A DNA stretch of 64,000 bases from Candidatus Omnitrophota bacterium. Lineage in GTDB: Bacteria > Omnitrophota > Gorgyraeia > 2-01-FULL-45-10. Numbering within the stretch: position 1 is the first letter of the stretch; the number at the start of each line of letters is the position of its first letter. Made by a program: the position numbers and the translations under genes. A model generated the notes under the pieces. The model did no database searches. It had not been told where the DNA came from and was given only the letters and a program-made list of their open reading frames with translations. The DNA lies in the NCBI GenBank assembly GCA_030695905.1, contig JAUYOL010000036.1, forward strand, positions 182,814 through 246,813. Reading direction: 5' to 3'. Positions 17,891-27,101 of this stretch are shown one piece after another.

Positions 17891-18937
17891 CTATATTTGT
17901 GCCAAATACCAGTTCTTTTGTATATTATAGGTCGGGTGCATCATAAAATTCCGCCTGACATCGCTTATAGAGGCCCCTACCATGCCGTTAATAGAATAAT
18001 CCCCCAGCCCTTCTTCATGCAGATAATAGAGATAACCTATATCCTCTGGCTCAAGCCCCATTAATCTGGCCCCGACCCCGTCCGCTTTCAGGGCATCCGT
18101 TGACGCGACCGCCGCATCCAGCTTTACAGGAAAACCGTCTACGGGGCCGTTTCCGTCCATGCAATCAAACGCGTCCAATACCACTAGATCCGGCCAGGTA
18201 AGTTTGGCCAGATCGACAATATTTCTATGAATAACCTTTGTAGATCTCATGTACGCAACCGACTTTTTAAAAATAAGGTTTACCAGGCCCGGAAGCCTTC
18301 TCCTCATCCAAGCTATGGCAGACGTGGGAATATATGTGAATATAGTTTTGGCGTCGGGCGCACTTGGAGTACGGAGGCCGTGAAGCAGCGACTTGTCTTC
18401 CTGCCTGATCAGGCCCGCCATATTTTTTATACCGAATGTAGCTATGGCGTAGTTATGAGTTTTGGGCACCCCTATGGATATCCTGAAGTCAAAGGCGGAT
18501 AAACGCTTTACGATCCGTATCTTTTCAGGGCCCGCTATAGACATGATCATATGCTCGGAATAATCCGCATGATCTTCAATGCATTCTATACTTACGTTAT
18601 CGTATTTTTTTATGAGGTCAAAATACCCGAATTTTCTGAAGACTTCATTCGTGGATGTCTTTTCATAATGCGCACTTCCGCTCCCTTCCAGGATAACGAA
18701 CCGGCTGTGGCGCAGCTCGGCAAAATTACCCAGCAAGAAATCTATTACGGCCTCTACCGCCTCCCGGTGCGTATTAGCAGTTTTATTGTTGGTAGCAGTC
18801 AGATTGGGCTTTATTAGTATCTCTTTTTTACTGCGGATCACTTCCAGGTCCGGCTTTATGAGGTCCAGGGATTTTTGTATATTGCCATACCTGCCGGAGC
18901 CTTTGACTAAAGAAACTTTTTTAATATAGTTATCCAT
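17891..18937 (-). CDS. DUF362 domain protein
   Basis: The N-terminus (…KVSLVKGSGRYGNIQKSLDLI…KEILIKPNLTATNN…) matches the conserved start of the DUF362 family. About 350 aa. Start set at the internal Met (MDNYIKK). Confidence 0.5.
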   Translation of the reverse strand: MDNYIKKVSLVKGSGRYGNIQKSLDLIKPDLEVIRSKKEILIKPNLTATNNKTANTHREAVEAVIDFLLGNFAELRHSRFVILEGSGSAHYEKTSTNEVFRKFGYFDLIKKYDNVSIECIEDHADYSEHMIMSIAGPEKIRIVKRLSAFDFRISIGVPKTHNYAIATFGIKNMAGLIRQEDKSLLHGLRTPSAPDAKTIFTYIPTSAIAWMRRRLPGLVNLIFKKSVAYMRSTKVIHRNIVDLAKLTWPDLVVLDAFDCMDGNGPVDGFPVKLDAAVASTDALKADGVGARLMGLEPEDIGYLYYLHEEGLGDYSINGMVGASISDVRRNFMMHPTYNIQKNWYLAQI

Positions 18938-19424
18938 TGCCGGGCCTATTCTTTTGCACTCGTTCAATCATTAAACACCATCCATAGGCTGAAATTATGG
19001 CTATAAAGGGCATCATCGGCACTCGCAGCCTTTCGCAGACATCCCACATAAGGGCGCTTAATAAAGCTATTTTCTGATCTATCTCCAATGTCGCTCTATA
19101 AACTATGAAAGCCATAATAAAAGTCATCGCTATCTGCAAAAGGACTACTCCGTCGAGCGGGATCTTCAATATACCGTTAAGAATGGCGAGAAATAGCGGA
19201 TAACCGGGGGTTCTGAACATTTCATATGTCAATGCTCCATTTTCATTTTGCGTAGCAAAAACACCCTTAGTTGTAAGCATATCAGATAATTTCAAATATC
19301 CATAAGAGTCGGGTAATAATTTTCCTTGTGGGGCATGAATTGCGGCAAACAGGAAGAGCGAAAGCTTTATTACTAAAGCTATAGCAATGATAATAAGAAT
19401 GTAGCGCTTATTTTGAGCCTTCAA
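18930..19424 (-). pseudogene. Truncated N-terminal fragment of a GT-C (PMT_2/ArnT-like) glycosyltransferase
   Basis: 164 aa with TM1 and a first-loop motif YEMFRTPGYPLFLAIL characteristic of GT family 39/83. Full-length members are 450-600 aa. The ORF ends where the DUF362 gene begins. Confidence 0.4.
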
Positions 19425-20514
19425 TGATTTTTTCTACTATAAGTTTCAGCTCTTTGGTTCCCAACTCAGGATATATCGGTATGGAAAAAGTTTGGGAGGC
19501 GGCGGATTCAGATTCAGGAATAGCGCCTTTTTTGTAATTTAGGTCTTTGTAACACTCTTGCAGGTGTAACGGAACAGGATAGTAGGTCCGGGCCTCAATA
19601 CCTGCGTCATTAAGAAATTTTGCTAATTTCTCTGGACTTGGCTTGACCCGCAAAGTGTAAAGATGGTAAGTATGCGTATTATAAGAAGGTGCAAATGGTG
19701 CCATAATAGCGCTTATATCTTTCAAATGATCATTATAGTACTGGGCGGCCCTGCGTCGGCCATCCAGCCACTTGTTCAAATATTTGAGCTTTATCCTTAG
19801 AATAGCCGCCTGGAGAGCATCGAGGCGGGAATTAGCGCCTATCTCTGAATGAATATATCTTATCGTGCTGCCATGAACGCGCAGCATCTTTATTTTGTCG
19901 GCAATTGCCTTATTATTTGTGACAACCATGCCGCCGTCACCGAAACCGCCCAAATTCTTGCTCGGGAAAAAACTTAAAGCTCCCGCATCGCCCATTGATC
20001 CAGCCTGCCTGTCTTTATAGGTTGCGCCCATGGCTTGAGCCGTATCTTCGATCACTTTTAAATTATTGATCTTAGCGATTTCTAAAATTCTGTCCATATC
20101 GGCACATTGGCCAAACAAGTGCACAGGGATAATCGCCTTAGTGCGTTTGGTTATCTTATCTTCTATCAATTCCGGATTAATGCAGTAAGTCTTCGGGTCG
20201 ATATCAACAAATATCGGCTTCGCGCCCAATATAGACACCGATTCGGCCGTAGCGAAAAATGTAAATGGAGTTGTAATGACTTCATCGCCGGGGCCTATGC
20301 CAAGAGCCTTGAGCGATAATATAAGCGCATCCGTGCCTGAGGCAACGCCTACCGCGTATTTTGTCCCGCAATATACGGCAACTTCGCGTTCGAATGCCTC
20401 CACCTCCGGCCCAAGTATAAAATGCTGGCTTCCGACAACTTTCATTAAAGCTGCGTCTATCTCATTTTTTATGCTCTTATACTGCGCTTGCAAATCTAAA
20501 ATAGGTATCTTCAT
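19408..20514 (-). CDS. DegT/DnrJ/EryC1/StrS-family PLP-dependent NDP-sugar aminotransferase (ArnB/WecE-like)
   Basis: 368 aa. The GTDALILSLKALGIGPGDEVITTPFTFFAT…IPVHLFGQCADMD…FFPSKNLGGFGDGGMV pattern, with the Lys-bearing SFFPSKNLG region, is a classic sugar aminotransferase. Confidence 0.9.
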   Translation of the reverse strand: MKIPILDLQAQYKSIKNEIDAALMKVVGSQHFILGPEVEAFEREVAVYCGTKYAVGVASGTDALILSLKALGIGPGDEVITTPFTFFATAESVSILGAKPIFVDIDPKTYCINPELIEDKITKRTKAIIPVHLFGQCADMDRILEIAKINNLKVIEDTAQAMGATYKDRQAGSMGDAGALSFFPSKNLGGFGDGGMVVTNNKAIADKIKMLRVHGSTIRYIHSEIGANSRLDALQAAILRIKLKYLNKWLDGRRRAAQYYNDHLKDISAIMAPFAPSYNTHTYHLYTLRVKPSPEKLAKFLNDAGIEARTYYPVPLHLQECYKDLNYKKGAIPESESAASQTFSIPIYPELGTKELKLIVEKIIEGSK

Positions 20515-21500
20515 TACTCTCCCCTAAAATAACTTATCGTCTTCTTCAATCCAGTTTCGAGATCTACTTTTGGTTTCCAATTGAGAAATTTTCTCGCTTT
20601 AGTTATATTTGGCCGCCTTACCTTGGGGTCATCCGTTGGCAGCCCTTTAAACACAATCTTGCTCTTGCTTCCGGTCAGCTTGATTATGGTTTTAGCAAGA
20701 TCTATCAACTTCATCTCATTAGGGTTGCCTATATTCACAGGATCATGTTCTTCTGACATCAATAACCTGTATATGCCATCCACGAGATCCGAAACATAAC
20801 AAAAACTTCGCGTCTGAGACCCGGTGCCATAAACCGTAATAGCCTTATTATTCAAAGCCTGATTTATAAAATTAGGTATTGCCCTGCCGTCTTTTTCCCT
20901 CATTCTCACGCCATAGGTATTGAATATACGGACTATCTTTGTATCTACCTTATGAACACGATGGTAAGCCATGGTAATTGCCTCCGCGAATCTCTTGGCT
21001 TCATCGTAAACTCCCCGCGGCCCGACGCTATTAACATTTCCCCAGTAGCTTTCGGGCTGAGGATTCACAAGAGGATCCCCATATACTTCGCTTGTGGATG
21101 CCAGTAAAAATCTTGCTTTTTTCACCTTGGCTACACCTAAGGCATTGTGAGTCCCCAAAGAACCGACTTTAAGTGTTTGGATAGGATACTTAAGATAGTC
21201 TATAGGGCTTGCGGGAGAGGCGAAGTGCAGGACATAATGAACAGGCCCTTTGATTTTAATGGGCTCGGAAATATTATGTTTCATGAATCTGAAATTTCTG
21301 TCTTTAAGCAGATGAGATATGTTGGAGAGCTTGCCGGTTATGAGATTATCAACACAGATGACGTTGTAGCTATTTTTGTTAGAGACAGTCTCCTTCAACG
21401 AGTATTCAACTTTTTGGAGACAGTCTCTTCCTAAAAATAATTCGCATAAATGCGAACCTATAAATCCTGCTCCGCCGGTAATTAAAACTGTTTTTCTCAT
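20514..21500 (-). CDS. UDP-glucuronate decarboxylase-family SDR (UXS / ArnA C-terminal-domain-like)
   Basis: [16 protein letters not shown]…[12 protein letters not shown]…YDEAKR is the UXS/ArnA-decarboxylase signature. It has a ~15 aa insertion after the first Rossmann strand. Confidence 0.8.
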   Translation of the reverse strand: MRKTVLITGGAGFIGSHLCELFLGRDCLQKVEYSLKETVSNKNSYNVICVDNLITGKLSNISHLLKDRNFRFMKHNISEPIKIKGPVHYVLHFASPASPIDYLKYPIQTLKVGSLGTHNALGVAKVKKARFLLASTSEVYGDPLVNPQPESYWGNVNSVGPRGVYDEAKRFAEAITMAYHRVHKVDTKIVRIFNTYGVRMREKDGRAIPNFINQALNNKAITVYGTGSQTRSFCYVSDLVDGIYRLLMSEEHDPVNIGNPNEMKLIDLAKTIIKLTGSKSKIVFKGLPTDDPKVRRPNITKARKFLNWKPKVDLETGLKKTISYFRGE

Positions 21501-22471
21501 GCAACGCTTTCTTTAGAGACAGTCCCATTCTGGGACAGTCTCTTCAACTTGAACCAATCTATCGTTGACTTAAGCCCCTCTTTAAATCCCACTATCTTTT
21601 TCACACCTAACATATTTTTCATCTTACTGATGTCGGCGTAGGTTTTTCTGACATCACCTTGTCTTTTCGGCCCATATACAGGTTTAAGTTTTAATCCCAA
21701 TATTTTATTTGTTTCTCTTATTATATCCAGTATAGATGTAGTGGACCCACATGCTATATTAAAAACCTCTCCTGATATTTTCGGAACAATGCATGCTCTC
21801 AAATTCGCCTCAACCACATTTGCAACATAAGTAAAGTCCCGCGACTGTTTACCGTCCCATTCCGCTATAGGAGATTCGCTTCCCAGCATCTTGGCAAGAA
21901 TAGCGGGTATGGCCGCGGAATATTTGCTTTCGGGGTTTTGTCTGGGGCCAAAGACATTAAAATATCTTAAGCTGACAGTCTCTAATCCGAAGGTCTTCGC
22001 GAATGTAACGCAATAATGTTCCGCCGCCAATTTTGAAACGCCATATGGTGATATGGGCACGGGAAGGTCTGTTTCTTTTTGAGGAAAGCTCTTGGCGTCT
22101 CCATATGCTGAACTCGAAGAAGCGTAGACCACTCTTTTTATTCCGGCTTCCTTAGCCACAACTAAAATATTCAGTGTTCCAAATACGTTTGTATCATTTG
22201 TGGCAATTGGATCTTCAACCGATTTGGCGACAGAGCGCAACGCCGCCTGGTGAATGACATAATCCATGCCCTTCATCGCATCCTTAACTACAGCCGCATC
22301 CCTGATATCGCCTTCGATCAGCTCGATTTTATTTAAAAAAGTTTTAAGATTATCACGATTACCGGTAATAAAGCTATCCAGAACGCGGACTCTTTCCCCG
22401 CGCTTAACCAACTCTTCGGTAATATTCGATCCGATAAATCCCGCTCCGCCTGTAACAAGATATTTAGCCAT
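21497..22471 (-). CDS. UDP-GlcNAc / UDP-GlcNAcA C4-epimerase (WbpP/TviC-like extended SDR)
   Basis: [20 protein letters not shown]…[10 protein letters not shown]…[10 protein letters not shown], 324 aa. Sits immediately downstream of the TviB-like dehydrogenase, as in tviBC/wbpOP pairs. Confidence 0.75.
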   Translation of the reverse strand: MAKYLVTGGAGFIGSNITEELVKRGERVRVLDSFITGNRDNLKTFLNKIELIEGDIRDAAVVKDAMKGMDYVIHQAALRSVAKSVEDPIATNDTNVFGTLNILVVAKEAGIKRVVYASSSSAYGDAKSFPQKETDLPVPISPYGVSKLAAEHYCVTFAKTFGLETVSLRYFNVFGPRQNPESKYSAAIPAILAKMLGSESPIAEWDGKQSRDFTYVANVVEANLRACIVPKISGEVFNIACGSTTSILDIIRETNKILGLKLKPVYGPKRQGDVRKTYADISKMKNMLGVKKIVGFKEGLKSTIDWFKLKRLSQNGTVSKESVA

Positions 22472-22475
22472 ATTT

Positions 22476-25244
22476 TTATAGTTTTATGATATTTGACCTA
22501 TTTTTGATACCCTTCAACGCGTTTCTGGTATCGATAATAACTTTTGAATTCTTCGCTATAAACTGGTAGTCAATATTAGAGTGATCGGTTACTATAACAA
22601 CGCAATCGGCCGAAGCCAACACCTCTTTGGTAAATTTCGCGCGTTTCAAATTAATACCGTCTACTTTAATATATGGAAAATAAGGATCATAATATAAAAC
22701 GTTCGCCTCATTCCTTTCCAATAGTTCGATTATCTCAAACGCCGGTGACTCTCTCAAATCCTGGACGTCTTTCTTATATGCCACTCCTATAAGCAATACC
22801 TTGGCACCTTTAAGCGCTTTCTTCTTTTTATTAAGCGCGCTGATTATCTTTTCCACTACATAGTGCGGCATGCGGCCGTTTATTTCCGACGCTAAATCTA
22901 TAAATCTCGCTTCAAAACCATGCGCTCTTGCCTTCCACGATAGATACAAAGGATCTATGGGAATGCAATTATGAGTAAGTATGCCATATGATGTTACAAA
23001 AGTATTGGTATCCCGCACTTCCATAGAATAGACTTTGCTTGCTTTAGAGTAGGATATGTCTTTAATTTTTGTAGTCGCGAAATTTGTATATAAATTGAAG
23101 TTTTTGTTTGGTATTATTTTCCTGCTTTTTTCAAGATAAGACTTAATTCGCCCCGCTTTCTCTCCAAGAAACATGCTTCTCAATCTTTTAAGTTGACCGT
23201 ACCCGAACATGTTTAACAGATTTTTTCTTTTCTTGAAGCTTGGCATAAAGCCTAAATCCTGTAGTAGAAGCACCATTTGATTAAACAGGGTATCGCTTAT
23301 TGTGAAATAATTTACTGTGGCCGAATTAAAATTATGCTTATATATTTTCCCGTTCTTACAATAGGCTCTCTTTCCGCTAGAACTGTCTACGCCGCCGTCT
23401 CCTCTCAATAACCCCATAATTAGATGAAGCTTCAATTTTTTCGGCAAGAGCATAAATCGCTGAGGAATTTTCATAGAGTAAGAATCAACGCCGCAGCCCA
23501 GTATATCTCTTAAGAGGTAACCGAAAATATTTGACGATATCTTAATGCAGGTGCTGTTCCATTTCTTTGAATTATATTCTGAGTAACAGATACCCTTCTC
23601 TTTAAGGAACAACCTGATATCGTTAAGGTATTGCGATTCATTCCTGTTAAATGTTAATCTCGTTCTTATAGATTTATCTACCGTTATACAGCCTTCGCTT
23701 AAATAATAACCGATAAACCTTAGGAAATCTTCGTCAACATCCATAACCGCCGGAATGCTTTGGTATGAAGGCCCGCGACCTGTACAAAGCATGAGATCTT
23801 CTCTATTAACCGGCCAGCTCATCTTGCCTTCCAGCGATAGATATACATTTAACGGAAGATAGCCGGCTTTAAAATAGTCATCCAGACTGGCTTTTGCGCC
23901 GGGTGCCGACCTTTGCTTTATTTCTTTCTTAAAATCGCGCCATTCAAAATATGTTCCCTTGACTCTTATACCGCTTACAAAATTCCGCTGTTTTAGAAAT
24001 TCTATCAAATCTATCCATGAGTCCTCTTTTTTGACAGATTCTTCCGGAAGATTGAGGATAACAGGTATCTCATCGTTTAATTCAAGCTCGTCGGCAAATT
24101 TGACGCCCAATTGACCGCCCTTGTTAACTATCATCGGATGCTTGGATGTAACGGATATAGCGCGGCTATCCTGCGTCTTAATATTGATTATATCCCCATT
24201 ATAGGGCCTTTCCGAAAGCATGCTGACTTCTTTAAAGCATGATCCATTGCCTATCGGGTCATAAGATAGCACCTTTTTAGAAATAGGCCTTATAAATGTT
24301 GCCCCTTTAACTCTATGCAGTCTCGAATTTGGGTTTTTCCCCGATTCGCTGACAAAATCAGATATCTTTATAGGCCTGAATCCCGAGGCTTCCTTATCCT
24401 TCACGAATATGTATTCATCCTTTGTTAAACAGTGGCCGCCTACGCCGGGCCCTGGATAGAATGGCATAAAGCCATACGGTTTCGTCTTTGCCGCTTCGAT
24501 GACTTCCCAAATGTTGATGCCGAGCTTATCACACATCAACGCAAGCTCGTTCACAAGGCCCAAATTAACTATCCTGAATGTATTTTCAAGCAGCTTAGTC
24601 ATCTCTGCTGCCTTAGCCGAAGAGACAGGCATGACTTTATCTATTATTTGATTATATAAAATGGTTCCGATTTGTGTGGAGCTTTCGGATATGCCGCCCA
24701 AAACCTTAGGAATATTTGTGACAAAATATTTCGCGTTACCCGGATCTATCCTCTCCGGCGAAAATGCCAGATAAAAATCTTTGCATTCTTTAAGCCCTGT
24801 CGATTCTAAAATAGGCAACATAACTTCTTCGGTAGTGCCGGGATATGTGGTAGACTCCAATACGACTATCTGTCCGTGCTTCATGTGCTTCTTTATCATC
24901 TGGGTCGCGGAAACTATAAAAGAAACATCCGGCTCTTTGGTCTTTAATAAAGGTGTCGGCACGCATACTATAAAAGCGTCCAATCTTTTGATATTACTCA
25001 AATCCGTTGTTACAGTCAGCGAACCGTCTTTCTGTAACGCGACTATCTCCCGGGGCTTTAAGTCCAATATATAAGACTGCCCTTTCTTTAATCTTGCGAC
25101 ACGGTCCTTGTCGACATCTATGCCCCACACCTTAAACCCTTTTTTGGCAAATGCCATGGCAAGCGGCAGCCCTACATAGCCTAAGCCTATCACGCCTATC
25201 TTTGCTTTCTTGGTAAGAATTTTATTCTTCAAGGTATCAAACAT
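22476..25244 (-). CDS. UDP-N-acetyl-D-glucosamine 6-dehydrogenase-like (TviB/WbpO/Cap5O family) interrupted by an intein
   Basis: N-extein (271 aa) and C-extein (163 aa) together form a normal ~434 aa TviB-type dehydrogenase: KIGVIGLGYVGLPLAMAFA … GPGVGGH|CIPIDP … LLIGVAYKKDVQDLRESP. The 922 aa ORF carries a 488 aa insertion exactly before the catalytic Cys. Confidence 0.85.
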   Translation of the reverse strand: MFDTLKNKILTKKAKIGVIGLGYVGLPLAMAFAKKGFKVWGIDVDKDRVARLKKGQSYILDLKPREIVALQKDGSLTVTTDLSNIKRLDAFIVCVPTPLLKTKEPDVSFIVSATQMIKKHMKHGQIVVLESTTYPGTTEEVMLPILESTGLKECKDFYLAFSPERIDPGNAKYFVTNIPKVLGGISESSTQIGTILYNQIIDKVMPVSSAKAAEMTKLLENTFRIVNLGLVNELALMCDKLGINIWEVIEAAKTKPYGFMPFYPGPGVGGHCLTKDEYIFVKDKEASGFRPIKISDFVSESGKNPNSRLHRVKGATFIRPISKKVLSYDPIGNGSCFKEVSMLSERPYNGDIINIKTQDSRAISVTSKHPMIVNKGGQLGVKFADELELNDEIPVILNLPEESVKKEDSWIDLIEFLKQRNFVSGIRVKGTYFEWRDFKKEIKQRSAPGAKASLDDYFKAGYLPLNVYLSLEGKMSWPVNREDLMLCTGRGPSYQSIPAVMDVDEDFLRFIGYYLSEGCITVDKSIRTRLTFNRNESQYLNDIRLFLKEKGICYSEYNSKKWNSTCIKISSNIFGYLLRDILGCGVDSYSMKIPQRFMLLPKKLKLHLIMGLLRGDGGVDSSSGKRAYCKNGKIYKHNFNSATVNYFTISDTLFNQMVLLLQDLGFMPSFKKRKNLLNMFGYGQLKRLRSMFLGEKAGRIKSYLEKSRKIIPNKNFNLYTNFATTKIKDISYSKASKVYSMEVRDTNTFVTSYGILTHNCIPIDPLYLSWKARAHGFEARFIDLASEINGRMPHYVVEKIISALNKKKKALKGAKVLLIGVAYKKDVQDLRESPAFEIIELLERNEANVLYYDPYFPYIKVDGINLKRAKFTKEVLASADCVVIVTDHSNIDYQFIAKNSKVIIDTRNALKGIKNRSNIIKL
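22968..24431 (-). mobile_element. Intein with LAGLIDADG homing-endonuclease domain inserted at the catalytic Cys of the UDP-GlcNAc dehydrogenase
   Basis: Begins with Cys (CLTKDEYIF, block A). Has a block B TxxH (ISVTSKHPMIV) and two LAGLIDADG-like motifs (FLRFIGYYLSEGCI and LIMGLLRGDGGV). Ends …VYSMEVRDTNTFVTSYGILTHN (blocks F/G, terminal HN), followed by extein Cys+1 (CIPIDP). Excising it leaves an in-frame GVGGHCIPIDP active site. Confidence 0.8.
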
Positions 25245-26145
25245 AATCTTTTAATGCCTCCTGCCAATTGCGCATCCTATAACCTGTAAATTTCATGAAC
25301 TTTGAATTATCCAATATCGACATCGCCGGACGTTTCGCGGGGGAGTTTAATTCTTTTGAAGATATCGGAAGAACTCTCGTCTTTGATCCCGCCAATTTCA
25401 ATATTTTTCTGGCATAACTAAACCACGAAACGCTTCCCGAATTCGAAACATGATAAACACCAGCCCACCGCTGCGGTGTAGTCAGCGAAAACAACTTGTC
25501 ATCGCGGCGGTGCAACAATACGTGTATCGCTTTGCTTAAATCCTTCGTGTACGTCGGCGATCCCACCTGGTCATCAACGACTTTCAAGGCCTTTTCACTC
25601 TTTGCCTTCGCAATAATAGTATCCACAAAATTTTTGCCATGCTTACCATAAAGCCAACTGGTGCGAAGAATAAAATATTTTTTAAGCGTATTTCTTATAG
25701 ATTCTTCGCCTTTCAGCTTTGAATCTCCATATATGCTTAAGGGGTTTACCTTGTCCGTTTCTTTATATAGATTTTTCTTTTTACCGTCGAATACGAAATC
25801 GGTGCTGATGTATATTAAAACGGCGTCCGCCTCTTTACAGGCCAACGCGACATTTTTTGCACCTTCGGCGTTTACCTTATACGCCTTTTTCGGATTAAGC
25901 TCGCAGCCATCGACATCCGTCATCGCCGCTGTGTGTATAATAATATCGGGATGAAGCTTATTCATAACCTTGGAAATGCTACGTTTATCGGTTATGTCGC
26001 ACCTTGTGAAGCTGTAAGCTGTAAGCTTTAAGCTATAAGCTAAATCCGCCCCATACACTTGATAGTCTTTTTTCAGCTCCTGACAAAGATCGGTCCCTAG
26101 CATTCCGCTCGAGCCTGTAACTAATATTTTATATCTTTTCGGCAT
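25237..26145 (-). CDS. rfbD: dTDP-4-dehydrorhamnose reductase
   Basis: ILVTGSSGMLG…YGDSKLKGE…RTSWLYG…DQVGSPTYTKDLS are the hallmark RmlD motifs. 302 aa. Confidence 0.9.
   Translation of the reverse strand: MPKRYKILVTGSSGMLGTDLCQELKKDYQVYGADLAYSLKLTAYSFTRCDITDKRSISKVMNKLHPDIIIHTAAMTDVDGCELNPKKAYKVNAEGAKNVALACKEADAVLIYISTDFVFDGKKKNLYKETDKVNPLSIYGDSKLKGEESIRNTLKKYFILRTSWLYGKHGKNFVDTIIAKAKSEKALKVVDDQVGSPTYTKDLSKAIHVLLHRRDDKLFSLTTPQRWAGVYHVSNSGSVSWFSYARKILKLAGSKTRVLPISSKELNSPAKRPAMSILDNSKFMKFTGYRMRNWQEALKDYV
26007..26043. repeat. Imperfect tandem heptanucleotide repeat (NNTAAGC x5) inside rfbD
   Basis: gtgaagc tgtaagc tgtaagc tttaagc tataagc read directly. It encodes an insertion-like LAYSLKLTAYSF segment near the RmlD N-terminus. 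Confidence 0.5.
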
Positions 26146-27101
26146 TTAATTAATTTCTGCCACCAGGCTGTGTTCTTCTTGTACCACTCTATAGTAAGTT
26201 CAAGCGCGTATTTAAAATCATGCTTTGGTTTCCAACCGAGCGCTTTTAGCTTCGTTATATCAAGCGCGTACCTCTTATCATGGCCGGGCCTGTCTTTGAC
26301 ATACTCTATCATGCTTTCATCTTTTCCTAAAAGCGCAAGCATCGCGTGCGTCAATTCGATATTTGTAGTCTCGCCGCCGACACCTATATTATAAATTTCT
26401 CCGACTTTCCCCTTATGCATGACAACATCTATGGCCTCGCAATTATCCACTACATAGAGCCAGTCCCGCACATTCATCCCGTCGGCATATAAAGGAATCT
26501 TCTTATCCTGCAATAGATTCGTTACAAACAGAGGTATTACTTTTTCCGGATACTGGTACGGCCCGAAATTATTAGAGCTTCTCGTTATGATCACCGGCAA
26601 GCCATAAGTAACAAAATAGGACCTTGCTAATAAGTCCGCGCCGGCTTTACTCGCTGAATATGGGCTGTTGGGCTCCAAAGGATCCGTCTCTTTAGAATAA
26701 CCTTTGGGAATACTTCCATATACCTCATCGGTAGAGATCTGAATATACAATTCCGCCCCGACTTTCTTTACCATTTCCAATAAAGTATATGTACCAAATA
26801 CATTCGTCTTGATAAAGACCGAAGGGTCTTTTATCGACCTGTCCACATGTGTTTCTGCCGCGAAATTTACTACGCAATCGCTGCCTTTAACCAGCTTTTC
26901 AACGACTTTTGCGTCTGTAATGTCACCCTTTACGAATTTATATCGCTTATTCTTTTTAATGTCTTTCAGGTTTTCGAGATTGCCGCAATAGGTGAGATTA
27001 TCAATATTGGTAATACGATAGTCCTCGTATTTACCTAACATATAACGTATGAAGTTTGAACCGATAAATCCGGCTCCGCCAGTCACAAGTAGTTTTTTCA
27101 T
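26121..27101 (-). CDS. rfbB: dTDP-glucose 4,6-dehydratase
   Basis: [20 protein letters not shown]…STDEVYG…YSASKAGADLL…DGMNVRDWLYV is the RmlB signature. Start set at the internal MKKLL (the ORF track extends 23 codons further upstream into rfbA). Confidence 0.9.
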   Translation of the reverse strand: MKKLLVTGGAGFIGSNFIRYMLGKYEDYRITNIDNLTYCGNLENLKDIKKNKRYKFVKGDITDAKVVEKLVKGSDCVVNFAAETHVDRSIKDPSVFIKTNVFGTYTLLEMVKKVGAELYIQISTDEVYGSIPKGYSKETDPLEPNSPYSASKAGADLLARSYFVTYGLPVIITRSSNNFGPYQYPEKVIPLFVTNLLQDKKIPLYADGMNVRDWLYVVDNCEAIDVVMHKGKVGEIYNIGVGGETTNIELTHAMLALLGKDESMIEYVKDRPGHDKRYALDITKLKALGWKPKHDFKYALELTIEWYKKNTAWWQKLIKCRKDIKY

